A DNA stretch of 64,000 nucleotides from an uncultured Acidobacteriota bacterium (lineage in GTDB: Bacteria > Acidobacteriota > Thermoanaerobaculia > UBA5066 > Gp7-AA6): positions 160,001-224,000 of the forward strand of contig CAVXTP010000014.1 of NCBI GenBank assembly GCA_963764715.1, read 5' to 3'. Below, in pieces: positions 28,366 through 37,562 of the stretch; within the stretch, counting starts at the first letter, position 1, and every line of letters begins with the position of its first letter. The notes under the pieces are model-generated. The model did no database searches and was not told the origin of the DNA. It was given only the letters and a program-made list of their open reading frames with translations. Both the position numbers and the translations under genes were made by a program.

Positions 28366-29344
28366 GCAGTGTCTCCGGCGCCTTGGCGCAGCCGAAACCC
28401 TCGTCGCCCGACGACGGCGCCGGCGCCTCGCCGCCGTGCCGGATGATCAGGACGACGGCGCCCACGATGACGGCGGCGGCGACGAACACGCGCGGCGTCA
28501 GGGGCTCGGCGGCGAACATCCAGCCGAGGAGCACGGCGACGATGGGATTGACGTAGGCGTACGTCGCGACGCGGGACGCCGTCGCGACGCGAAGGAGCCA
28601 GAGGTACGCGCTGAAGCCGATGATCGAGCCGAAGACGAAGAGGTAGACGGTCGCGAGCACGGATTTCGACGAGACCGCCGCCGGATCGAAAGCGGCAAGC
28701 TCGCCGGCCGCGACGCCCGCGAGCGCGAGGAGCCCCCCGCCCGCGAGGAGGGTCGCGGCCGTCGCCATGACCGGAGAGGCGGGCAGCCGGGAGCCCCGCG
28801 AGAAGAGCGATCCGCCGGCCCAGGCGAACGTGCCGGCGACGAGGACGATGCAGGCACCGAGGTGGAACCGCTCGCCGCCGAACAGCGAGCCCGGCCCGAC
28901 GAGGGCCAGCAGCCCCGCCGTGCCCAGGGCGAGGCCGGCGAGCACGTATCCCCGGGGTCGGCGCCGGTGAATCATCGATTCGATCAACACGAAGGCGATC
29001 GGTTCGGTTGCAACGACGAGAGCGGCCACGCCGGACGGAATCCGCTCCTCGGCCCAGACGAGGCCGCCCGAGCCGCAGACGAAGAGGAGAAAACCCGTGA
29101 CGGCGGCTCCGCCCCACTCCCGGCGCGTCGGCGCCGGGACCCGCCGGGCGCGCGCCCAGGCGTAGAGCAGTACCCCCGCGAGGAAGAAGCGCATGCCCTG
29201 CGTGAAGAACGGCGGCAGGGTCTCGATCGAGAACCGGATGCCGAGGTACGTCGATCCCCAGAGCACGTACACCGCGGCGAAGGCCGCCACGAGGGCGAGG
29301 CGCGAAGGGCTCTTCGCGGCGCGCGGCTCGGCCCGCTCAGACAC
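28358..29344 (-). CDS. EamA/DMT family transporter (YedA-like), tandem paralog
   Basis: VYVLWGSTYLGIR, IPSGVAAL, ATYAYVNPIVAV; probable GTG start at 29344. Confidence 0.88.
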   Translation of the reverse strand: MSERAEPRAAKSPSRLALVAAFAAVYVLWGSTYLGIRFSIETLPPFFTQGMRFFLAGVLLYAWARARRVPAPTRREWGGAAVTGFLLFVCGSGGLVWAEERIPSGVAALVVATEPIAFVLIESMIHRRRPRGYVLAGLALGTAGLLALVGPGSLFGGERFHLGACIVLVAGTFAWAGGSLFSRGSRLPASPVMATAATLLAGGGLLALAGVAAGELAAFDPAAVSSKSVLATVYLFVFGSIIGFSAYLWLLRVATASRVATYAYVNPIVAVLLGWMFAAEPLTPRVFVAAAVIVGAVVLIIRHGGEAPAPSSGDEGFGCAKAPETLHA

Positions 29345-29834
29345 GGACGGGCTCCTCGAACGCATTCGGCGGGTCGGGCGCTCCGATCGGAAGCTCGGCG
29401 GATTCCTTGACGGTCTCGAGGACGATCGTCGTCCGCGTCGACGTGATCGTTTCGATGGCGCCGAGCCGCTCGCGCAGCAGACGCCCGAGCGCGTCCGTGT
29501 CGGCGGCGCGGACCTTGACGAGGAAGCAATCCTCGCCGGCGACGTCATGCACTTCGAGAACTTCCGGGATCGCCGCGACCCGGCGCGCGGTGTTGAGTTC
29601 GGCCCCCGGCTTTTCGTCGACGCGCACGAAGATGTAGGCGAGCAAGGAGAGCTCGACCGCCCGGGGATTGACGCGGGCGGCGTACCCTTCGATCACTCCG
29701 CGCTCTTCGAGCTTTCTGATCCGTTCGAAGACCGCCGATGGGGCGAGACCCACCTGCCGGGCAATCTCCGCGTTCGACGTTCTTGCGTTTGACTGGAGGA
29801 TGTTCAGGATAACTGCGTCAGTACCGTCGATCAT
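29337..29834 (-). CDS. Lrp/AsnC family transcriptional regulator
   Basis: D..IL..LQ.NAR.SNAEIARQVGLAPSAVFERIRKLEERGVI.GY HTH; EVLEVHDVAGEDCFLVKV. Confidence 0.93.
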   Translation of the reverse strand: MIDGTDAVILNILQSNARTSNAEIARQVGLAPSAVFERIRKLEERGVIEGYAARVNPRAVELSLLAYIFVRVDEKPGAELNTARRVAAIPEVLEVHDVAGEDCFLVKVRAADTDALGRLLRERLGAIETITSTRTTIVLETVKESAELPIGAPDPPNAFEEPVRV

Positions 29835-29847
29835 TCTGCGATCCTAT

Positions 29848-29925
29848 CGAATACATAACCATTCGTCTACAAAGTCAGTAATGCAGGACTGACCCAATCG
29901 GGAATCTATATCCACCATGGATATA
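29848..29925. promoter_or_regulatory. AT-rich divergent promoter region with three inverted repeats
   Basis: CGAAT-N8-ATTCG (29848-29865), GTCAGT-N8-ACTGAC (29874-29893), TATATCCA-N3-TGGATATA (29907-29925). Confidence 0.5.
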
Positions 29926-29933
29926 CTAGGGCC

Positions 29934-31031
29934 ATGCGAAACACCGCTGCCGCACTTCTTTTCGCTCTCGCCGCCATCGGCGGGGCTCAGCCGGCCGGAC
30001 AGTGGGCGACCGGGACTCCGGAATCGGCGGGCCTGGACTCGGGACGCCTCGCGGAGATGGAACGAGCCATAACGGCCGGCGACTTTCAGAAGATCACGAG
30101 CGTCGCGATCGTTCGAGACGGGAAGCTCGTGTACGAGAAGTACTTCGCAGGCACCGGCGTGGAGACCCGCCACAACACCCGGTCGGCGACGAAGACCGTC
30201 GCCGGAATGCTCGTCGGGATCGCGATCGACCGCGGCCTCCTGTCCGGAGTCGACGCTCCGGTCCTCCCCTTCTTCCCCGACCGTCAGCCCCTCGCCAACC
30301 CCGATCCGCGCAAGCCGAAGATCACGGTCGAAGATTTCCTCACCATGAGCTCCCTCCTCGAGTGCGACGACGAGAACCAGTACTCGCGCGGCAACGAGGA
30401 ACGGATGTACCTGGTCGAGGACTGGGTGAAGTTCACGCTCGACCTGCCGATCCGCGGCTTCCCCGCCTGGGTGCCGAAGCCGAAGGACTCTCCCTACGGC
30501 CGCAGCTTCAGTTACTGCACGGCCGGCGTCGCCACGCTCGGCTCCCTGCTCGAGCGAGCGGCGAAGCGGCCGGTCCCGGACTTCGCCGCCGAGACGCTCT
30601 TTGCGCCCCTCGGCATCGAGAAGCCCGAGTGGCAGTTTTCGCCTCTCGGCACGGCCATGACCGGAGGCGGGCTCGGGCTGCGCACCCGCGACCTCGCGGC
30701 GCTCGGCCGGCTCTACCTCGACGGCGGGACCTGGAACGGGAAGCGCGTCGTGCCGGCAGCCTGGGTCGAGCGCTCGGTCGCCCCCCACGCCTCCGTCGAC
30801 GACACCACGGAGTACGGCTATCTCTGGTGGCTCCGGACGCTCACCCGCGAGGGTAAGACGGTCCGGACCTGGATGATGCAGGGAAGCGGCGGCAACAAGG
30901 TCGTCGTCGTCCCGTCGCTTCGCCTCGTCTGCGTGATCACGACGACGAACTTTCGCGTCCGCGATTCGCACGCCCTGTCGGACCGGCTTCTCACCGACAT
31001 CGTGCTGGCGGCCGCGGGGACCGGACCCTAG
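29934..31031 (+). CDS. Serine hydrolase, beta-lactamase-related family, secreted
   Basis: SxxK (SATK), LTMSS, FSYCT, RDLAALG.LYL.GG.WNG, YGYLWW, G.GGN. Confidence 0.88.
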   Translation: MRNTAAALLFALAAIGGAQPAGQWATGTPESAGLDSGRLAEMERAITAGDFQKITSVAIVRDGKLVYEKYFAGTGVETRHNTRSATKTVAGMLVGIAIDRGLLSGVDAPVLPFFPDRQPLANPDPRKPKITVEDFLTMSSLLECDDENQYSRGNEERMYLVEDWVKFTLDLPIRGFPAWVPKPKDSPYGRSFSYCTAGVATLGSLLERAAKRPVPDFAAETLFAPLGIEKPEWQFSPLGTAMTGGGLGLRTRDLAALGRLYLDGGTWNGKRVVPAAWVERSVAPHASVDDTTEYGYLWWLRTLTREGKTVRTWMMQGSGGNKVVVVPSLRLVCVITTTNFRVRDSHALSDRLLTDIVLAAAGTGP

Positions 31032-31034
31032 GGC

Positions 31035-34000
31035 TCAGCTCGAGAAGTAGCGCGCCTGCGGGTGATGGAGGACGAGGGCCGAGACGGAGGCCTCGGGATC
31101 CATCATGTAGCCCTCCGTCAGCTCGACGCCGATCTTGCGGCCGTCGAGGAGTCGGAAGAGCGTCGCCTGGTCGGCGAGATCCGGGCAGGCCGGGTATCCG
31201 AAGCTGTAGCGCTTCCCGCGGTAGCGTCCCTGGAAACGGTCGACCATCGAGATCTCCGGCGGGTCCGGAAAGCCCCAATCGGCGCGGAGTTTCGCATGCA
31301 GCCATTCGGCCGCGGCCTCCGCGGTCTCCACGGCGAGCGCCTGCAGCGCGTGGCACAGAAGGTATTCGCCGGCGGTCTTGAGCTCCTCGGCCCGGGCGCG
31401 GATTCCTTCCCCGGCGGTCGTCAGGAAGAACGCGACCGAGTCGGCGCCGCCGGCGCCGCGGGGACGCGCGAAGTCCGCGAGGCAGAGCCTCTCGCCGGCG
31501 ACCTGTCGCGGGAACGTGAAGCACGCCTCGCCGCCTCCCGGCACGGCGACGTGCAGGGTGTTGCCCTCGGACGACGCGCCGAAGTAGCGATACATGGCTC
31601 GGGCGCGGATCCATCCGGCGGCCTGAATCTTCGCGACGACCGCCTCGAGCTCGGCGAGCTTCGGATCGCCCGCTTCCTTCAGCTTCCGGTAGCTTCCCCG
31701 CAGGCCGAGGTGCTTGGCGTAGAGCATGTGCGGGTTGAGCCACTTCCAGATCTCGGCGAGGTCGAGCTCCGGCAGAACGTGCTCCGCCGCGTCGGGCGAG
31801 GAGACCGCTTCGACGACCGAGACCTCCGTGCTCCGGACGGCCGGGGCCGCGAGCGGCATCTCCTCCTCCGGCCGCGCGGCCGCCGCGACCGCGGCGCGGC
31901 GCTTCTCCGCCTCGGCGGCGAGCGCCGTCCGCGCGTCCTCCCCCGAGAGAATGCGGTCGGCCAGCGCGAGCCCGCGCATCGCGTCCTCGGCGTACACCGC
32001 GAGCCCGGCATAGGCCGGCGCGATGCGGTGGTCGGTGAACTTCTGCGACAGGGCCGCGCCGCCGACGAGCATCGGCGCGTCCACGCCCGCCTTCGTCAGG
32101 TCCTGCGCCGTCGTGACCATCTGCTGCGCGCTCTTCACCAGCAGGCCCGAGAGACCGATCAGGTCCGGCCGGTGCAACTCGAACGCCTCGATGAGCTTCT
32201 CCGGCGGCACCTTGATGCCGAGGTTCACGACCTCGTATCCGTTGTTCGACAGGATGATCTCGACGAGGTTCTTTCCGATGTCGTGGACGTCGCCCTTGAC
32301 CGTCGCCAGGATCACCTTGCCCTTGCGCGATCCCGTGGTCTTCTCCATGAACTTCTCGAGGTGCGTCACCGCGGCTTTCATGGCTTCGGCCGACTGGAGC
32401 ACTTCCGCGACGATCAGCTCGTTGGCGTTGAAGAGACGCCCGACCTCGCGCATCCCCTCCATGAGGGGGCCGTTGATGATGTCGAGCGGCGCGAGGCCTC
32501 CGGAGCGGACGGCCTCGAGGTCGTCGACGAGGCCCTCCTTCGAGCCCTCGAGGATGTACCGCGGCAGGCGCTCGAGCGGCGTCCCGGCGCGGGCCTTCGG
32601 GACTTTCGGCGCCGCGCCCTTGGCCTTGAAGTAGTCGGCGAACGCCGCGACGGGATCCGCGCCGCGATTGAAGATCAGGTCCTCGGAGAGGCGTCGCTCC
32701 TCTTCCGGAATCGAGGGGTAACGGACGATCTTCTCGGTGTTCACGATCGCGAGGTCGAGCCCGGCCTTCGTCGCGTGGTACAGGAAAACCGAGTTCAAGA
32801 CCTCGCGGCCAGCCTCGGGCAGGCCGAACGAGACGTTCGAGATCCCGAGGATGGTCTTCGACTCCGGGAACTCCGCCTTGATCAGCCGGATCCCCTCGAT
32901 CGTCTCCTCGGCGCTCCCCACGTACTTCTCGTCGCCCGTTCCGCAGGGAAAGACGAGCGGGTCGAAGAGGATGTCCTCCGGCGGGAACTCGTATTTCTCG
33001 GTCAGGAGGGTGTAGCTGCGCCGGGCGACCTCGAGCTTGCGCTGCCGCGTCACGGCCATGCCGTGCTCGGGGTCCTCGTCGATCGTTCCGACCACGAGCG
33101 CCGCGCCGTAGCGCTGGGCGAGCGGCAGGACCGTCCGGAACCGCTCCTCGCCGTCCTCGAGATTGATCGAGTTGAGGATCGCCTTGCCCTGGCTCCACTT
33201 GAGCCCGAGCTCGAGCACGTTCGCGTCGGTCGAGTCGAGCATCAGCGGCGCCTTGATCATGCGGATCGCCCGCGAGAGGAAGGCGTTGGCGTCGGCGACC
33301 TCGTCGCGGTCGGGGTCCTGGAGGCAGACGTCGATGACCTGCGCGCCGTTCTTGACCTGCGCCCGGGCGATCTCGGCCGCGGCGTCGAAGTCGCCGGCCG
33401 CCACGAGCCGCTTGAACTTGCGGCTGCCGAGCACGTTGGTGCGCTCGCCCACGAGGACCGGCCGGTTGTCGACGTCGACCTCGAGCAGGTCGATGCCGGA
33501 AACCAGGGTCTTGGCGTGGATCGCGGGACGGCGCGGCTTGCGGCCTTCCGCGGCCGCGGCCAGGGCCCGGATGTGGGCGGGCGTCGTTCCGCAGCAGCCG
33601 CCGACGATGTTGACCCAGCCCGCGTCCATGAACCGCCCGAGCTCGCGGGAGATCGACTCCGGCGTCTCGGAGTACTTTCCGTCGACGTCCGGGAGCCCCG
33701 CGTTGGGGTAGCAGGAGGTCAGCGTCTTCGCGATCCCCGAGAGGGTCCGGATGTGGTCCGTCATGAACTCGGGGCCCGTCGCGCAGTTGATCCCGACCGA
33801 AAGCAACGGCGCGTGCATCACCGACGCGTACAGCGCCTCGACGCCCTGCCCGGCGAGCATCGTGCCCATCGGCTCGATCGTCACGGAGACCATGACCGGC
33901 GTGCGCCAGCCGACTTCGGCGAAGGCCTGCTCGACGCCGATCAGACCCGCCTTGAGGTTGCGCGTGTCCTGCGTCGTTTCGAGGAGCAGCACGTCGGCGC

Positions 34001-34499
34001 CGCCGGAGAGGAGGCCGATCGCCTGCGTCCGGTAGTGGACGATCATCTCGTCGAAGGTCACTCCGCCTGTGACCGTCATGGCCTTCGTCGTCGGGCCCAT
34101 CGAGCCCGCCACGAAGCGCAGGCGCCCCGGCGTCGAGGCCGCCGCGGCGGCCTCGCGGGCGATCTCGGCCGCCCTCCGGTTGATCTCGACGGCCTGGCCG
34201 GCGAGCGCGTACTCGGCGAGCACGAGCGGCGTGCCGCCGAAGGTGTCGGTCTCGACCATGTCGGCGCCGGCCTCGAAGTAGTCGGCGTGCATCCGGCGGA
34301 CCAGGTCCGGCCGCGTCAGGACCAGGTTCTCGTTGCAGCCCTCGAGCTCCGGTCCGCCGAAGTCCGCCTCCGACAGGTCCTGGGCCTGCATCCAGGTCCC
34401 CGTCGCCCCGTCGAGGACGAGGATCCTCCCGGCGAGCAGCTCCTGGAGAGCCTCGGCTCGCTCGCGCTGGGTCGGGCCGGTCGGGGCGGGTCGGTCCAT
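31035..34499 (-). CDS. metH: B12-dependent methionine synthase
   Basis: LDGATGT, GINC, GGCCGT, VGERTN, ATVKGDVHDIGKNLV, SGLL, RYSFGYPACPDL, PEASVSA. Confidence 0.97.
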   Translation of the reverse strand: MDRPAPTGPTQRERAEALQELLAGRILVLDGATGTWMQAQDLSEADFGGPELEGCNENLVLTRPDLVRRMHADYFEAGADMVETDTFGGTPLVLAEYALAGQAVEINRRAAEIAREAAAAASTPGRLRFVAGSMGPTTKAMTVTGGVTFDEMIVHYRTQAIGLLSGGADVLLLETTQDTRNLKAGLIGVEQAFAEVGWRTPVMVSVTIEPMGTMLAGQGVEALYASVMHAPLLSVGINCATGPEFMTDHIRTLSGIAKTLTSCYPNAGLPDVDGKYSETPESISRELGRFMDAGWVNIVGGCCGTTPAHIRALAAAAEGRKPRRPAIHAKTLVSGIDLLEVDVDNRPVLVGERTNVLGSRKFKRLVAAGDFDAAAEIARAQVKNGAQVIDVCLQDPDRDEVADANAFLSRAIRMIKAPLMLDSTDANVLELGLKWSQGKAILNSINLEDGEERFRTVLPLAQRYGAALVVGTIDEDPEHGMAVTRQRKLEVARRSYTLLTEKYEFPPEDILFDPLVFPCGTGDEKYVGSAEETIEGIRLIKAEFPESKTILGISNVSFGLPEAGREVLNSVFLYHATKAGLDLAIVNTEKIVRYPSIPEEERRLSEDLIFNRGADPVAAFADYFKAKGAAPKVPKARAGTPLERLPRYILEGSKEGLVDDLEAVRSGGLAPLDIINGPLMEGMREVGRLFNANELIVAEVLQSAEAMKAAVTHLEKFMEKTTGSRKGKVILATVKGDVHDIGKNLVEIILSNNGYEVVNLGIKVPPEKLIEAFELHRPDLIGLSGLLVKSAQQMVTTAQDLTKAGVDAPMLVGGAALSQKFTDHRIAPAYAGLAVYAEDAMRGLALADRILSGEDARTALAAEAEKRRAAVAAAARPEEEMPLAAPAVRSTEVSVVEAVSSPDAAEHVLPELDLAEIWKWLNPHMLYAKHLGLRGSYRKLKEAGDPKLAELEAVVAKIQAAGWIRARAMYRYFGASSEGNTLHVAVPGGGEACFTFPRQVAGERLCLADFARPRGAGGADSVAFFLTTAGEGIRARAEELKTAGEYLLCHALQALAVETAEAAAEWLHAKLRADWGFPDPPEISMVDRFQGRYRGKRYSFGYPACPDLADQATLFRLLDGRKIGVELTEGYMMDPEASVSALVLHHPQARYFSS

Positions 34500-34623
34500 G
34501 AAGGACGGATTATGAGGGATTCCCGCGCGGGATTTCCGGGGCTAGACTCGGCCTTCCGGAGAGGACCCCGCGGAGCCGCCGGCTGGATTATGCTGCGGGC
34601 CGCTTTTTCGGAGGAGGAGACTC

Positions 34624-35115
34624 ATGGGGCGTCGCGCCGATGCACTGGCAGATCGGATCGAGCAGGGAGCGGCGGGCCTCGCCGCTTTTGCGGAAGGACT
34701 CTCGGAAGCGGAGTGGGGCCGGCCGATCTCGGCGGGCGGCGGCGACAGGCGGTCCGTCGGCGTCATCGTCCACCACGTCGCCTCCGTCTATCCCATCGAA
34801 GTCGACCTCGCGAAGAAGATCGCGAGCGGGCAGGCCGCGACGGACGTCACGTGGGACGCGATCGCCGCGATGAACGCGAACCACGCCCGCGAGAGCGCGG
34901 GGTTGAACAAGGCCGCGACGCTCGAGCTCCTGCGGCGCAACGCCCGCGAGGCGGCGGCGCGGGTGCGCGCGTTCACAGACGCCGAGCTCGACCAGGCGGC
35001 CCCCCTCGGGTTGAGCTACGGCGCGCCGGTGACCGCGCAGTTCGTCGTGGAGGACCACGCCCTCCGGCACAGCTGGCACCACCTGGCGAAGATCCGCCAG
35101 ACCCTGGGCCGCTGA
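34624..35115 (+). CDS. DinB-like/mycothiol-maleylpyruvate isomerase N-terminal-like protein
   Basis: VGVIVHHVA and HALRHSWHHL His pattern; strong RBS GGAGGAGG. Confidence 0.65.
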   Translation: MGRRADALADRIEQGAAGLAAFAEGLSEAEWGRPISAGGGDRRSVGVIVHHVASVYPIEVDLAKKIASGQAATDVTWDAIAAMNANHARESAGLNKAATLELLRRNAREAAARVRAFTDAELDQAAPLGLSYGAPVTAQFVVEDHALRHSWHHLAKIRQTLGR

Positions 35116-35199
35116 GGCCGGGGCGCGGGCGGGGCCCGGTCCCCGGGCGAGCTGACCCGAAAAGGGGATGGATTCCGCGTAGTTAAGACGAGGTGTCCC

Positions 35200-37551
35200 A
35201 TGCGCCCTGCGCGGACCGCTCGGCTCGCCCTCGGTTTCGCCCTCTCCTCCCTCTCGCTGTACGCCGCCACGCTCACGGTCACGACGGCCGCGGACAGCGG
35301 CGCCGGCTCGCTGCGCGACGCGATCACGCAGTCCAACGCCTCCGCCGGCACTCTCGACACGATCGCCTTCGCGATCGCGGGCGCCGGGGTGCACACGATC
35401 GCGCTCGACACCTCGCTGCCGATCGTGACCGACCCCGTCGTGATCGACGGCACGACGCAACCCGGGTACGCCGGCGCCCCCCTGATCGAGCTGACCCCCA
35501 ACACGCCGATCGGATCGTTCCGCATCGATGCCGGCGGAACGACCATCCGGGGCCTGAACATCCACGGATTCGGAACCAATCTCCAGTTCTTCACCAACGG
35601 GGGCAACGTCATCGAAGCCTGCTACATCGGGACGGACCCCACCGGGACGACGGGGTCCGCCGGAACCGGCATCGCCATGCAGAACTCGGGGAACAACCGC
35701 ATCGGGGGGCCGACGGTCGCGTCGCACAACCTCATCTCGGGCATGAACGGGAACGGCATCACGCTCATCGGCTCCGACGGGACCGTGATCCAGGGCAACC
35801 TCATCGGCTCCGACGCCTCGGGCGCCGGGGCCCTCGGCAACGGGTCCGGCATATCGGTCGTCAACAGCACCGACGTCACGATCGGAGGCACGGTCGCGGG
35901 CCTCGGCAACCTCGTCTCCTCGAACTCGGGCGACGGAATTCACGTCACGAACTCCGGCAACGTCCTCATCGCCGGGAACCTCGTGGGGACCGACCTGAGC
36001 GGGACCCTCGCCCGGCCGAACAACTTCGGTTTCGACGTCAACAACCTGACCGGTTCGATCACGATCGGCGGCCTCGAAACCGCGGCCCGGAACATCGTCT
36101 CGGGAAACAACCTCGGCATCTTCCTGAACAACGGCGTCCACGGAGGCACGATCCAGGGCAACTTCATCGGGACGGACATCACCGGGACGCTTCCCCTGCC
36201 GAACACCGTCGGGATCCTGACCAACACGCTCGACACGACCGACCTCGTCATCGGTGGCCCCGGACCGGGAGAGGGGAACGTCATCGCGTTCAACCGGGGC
36301 GTCGGGAACAGTCACGGCATCTGGAACCTCGGCCTGCGCGTGACGATGCGCGGGAACTCGATTCACGACAACGACGGCATCGGGATCGACAACGGGCTCG
36401 CCGGCCCGGACCCGAACGACCCGGGAGACGCCGACGCCGGTCCGAACGACGGGCAGAACTTTCCCCTGATCTCCTCGGTCCAGATCCTCGGGCCGCAGGG
36501 CACCGGCACCCGGGTGACCGGGGTCCTCCGGAGCCTGCCGAGCGCGACGTACACCCTCGACTTCTACGGCAATACCGGCTGCACGCCCCGTCCGCAGGAC
36601 TTCGTGGAGGGCGAGACGTACCTCGGAAACTCCCAGGCCACGACCGACGGGACCGGCTCCGCCACGTTCGACGTCACGCTGCCGGTCGCGATCGCGCCGG
36701 GGGACTTCGTGTCGGCCACCGCCACCGATCCGGGCGGGAGCACCTCGGAGTTCTCGCAGAGGCTCCCCTTCTCGGTCTTCCCGACGTCCGGTCCGGCGTC
36801 GGGAGGCACCGCGCTCACGATCCAGGGCACCGACTTCTCAGCCGGCGCCGCGGTCACGATCGGCGGACAGCCCGCCGCGGGCGTGAACATCGAAAGCTCG
36901 ACGCAGATCACCGCGCAATCCCCCCTGCTGGCCGCGGGCACGGTGAACGACCTGACCGTGACCAACACCGACCTGACCAACGGCACCCTTCCGAAGGCCT
37001 GGGTCGCGGACTTCCTGGACGCTCCGGCGTTCCACCAGTTCCACTCCTACGTCACGATCCTCGTCCGCAACGCGATCACGGCGGGCGTGGGCGGCGGGCT
37101 CTACGGCGTGGACCAGCCGACGCTGCGTCAGCAGATGGCCGTGTTCCTCCTGAAGGCCAGGTACGGCGTCTGCTACGTGCCGCCGCCCTGCGGGGGCACG
37201 TTCAGCGACGTGCCCTGCCCGTCGACGTTCGCCAACTGGATCGAGGACCTCGCCGCGCAGGGCATCACCGGCGGGTGCGGCACCGGCGTCTACTGTCCGC
37301 AAAACCCGGTGCGCCGGGACCAGATGGCGGTCTTTCTCCTCAAGGCCGAGCATGGCTCGAGCTATGCGCCCCCCGCCTGCTCCGGCACGTTCCCCGACGT
37401 GCCGTGTCCGTCGACCTTCGCGGACTGGATCGAGCAGCTTTCGGCCGAGAACATCACCGGCGGCTGCGGCGGAGGGAACTACTGCCCCGGCAATCCCAAC
37501 ACGCGCGGGCAGATGGCGGTGTTCATCACGAAGACGTTCAATCTTCAGTAA
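35200..37551 (+). CDS. Secreted surface protein: CSLREA-like/right-handed beta-helix + IPT/TIG + Cys-containing SLH-like repeats
   Basis: DSGAGSLRDAI, repeated I.GN.IG.D..G, ND.GDAD.GPN..QNFP, TSEFS, and FSDVPCPSTFA.WIE.L...ITGGCG.G.YCP.NP..R.QMAVF repeats. Confidence 0.85.
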   Translation: MRPARTARLALGFALSSLSLYAATLTVTTAADSGAGSLRDAITQSNASAGTLDTIAFAIAGAGVHTIALDTSLPIVTDPVVIDGTTQPGYAGAPLIELTPNTPIGSFRIDAGGTTIRGLNIHGFGTNLQFFTNGGNVIEACYIGTDPTGTTGSAGTGIAMQNSGNNRIGGPTVASHNLISGMNGNGITLIGSDGTVIQGNLIGSDASGAGALGNGSGISVVNSTDVTIGGTVAGLGNLVSSNSGDGIHVTNSGNVLIAGNLVGTDLSGTLARPNNFGFDVNNLTGSITIGGLETAARNIVSGNNLGIFLNNGVHGGTIQGNFIGTDITGTLPLPNTVGILTNTLDTTDLVIGGPGPGEGNVIAFNRGVGNSHGIWNLGLRVTMRGNSIHDNDGIGIDNGLAGPDPNDPGDADAGPNDGQNFPLISSVQILGPQGTGTRVTGVLRSLPSATYTLDFYGNTGCTPRPQDFVEGETYLGNSQATTDGTGSATFDVTLPVAIAPGDFVSATATDPGGSTSEFSQRLPFSVFPTSGPASGGTALTIQGTDFSAGAAVTIGGQPAAGVNIESSTQITAQSPLLAAGTVNDLTVTNTDLTNGTLPKAWVADFLDAPAFHQFHSYVTILVRNAITAGVGGGLYGVDQPTLRQQMAVFLLKARYGVCYVPPPCGGTFSDVPCPSTFANWIEDLAAQGITGGCGTGVYCPQNPVRRDQMAVFLLKAEHGSSYAPPACSGTFPDVPCPSTFADWIEQLSAENITGGCGGGNYCPGNPNTRGQMAVFITKTFNLQ

Positions 37552-37562
37552 AGGAGGCGTCG

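Noticed and set aside
29934-31031. Antibiotic-resistance beta-lactamase
   Set aside because: It has SxxK but YxT and no KTG; this fits the broad esterase/amidase serine hydrolase family, so resistance cannot be claimed.
34500-34623. Possible SAM or cobalamin riboswitch upstream of metH
   Set aside because: Short divergent intergenic region with no recognisable SAM-I/II or B12-box consensus.
31062-35186. Very long ORFs (1374 aa here; also 56059-60801, 18237-21812, 14241-17648)
   Set aside because: They are antisense to well-supported genes and Arg/Gly/Pro-rich without motifs, as expected from stop-codon scarcity in high-GC DNA.
37000-37551. Repeats that could suggest a CRISPR array
   Set aside because: They are in-frame, degenerate coding repeats (SLH-like domains), with no identical repeat-spacer periodicity and no cas genes.
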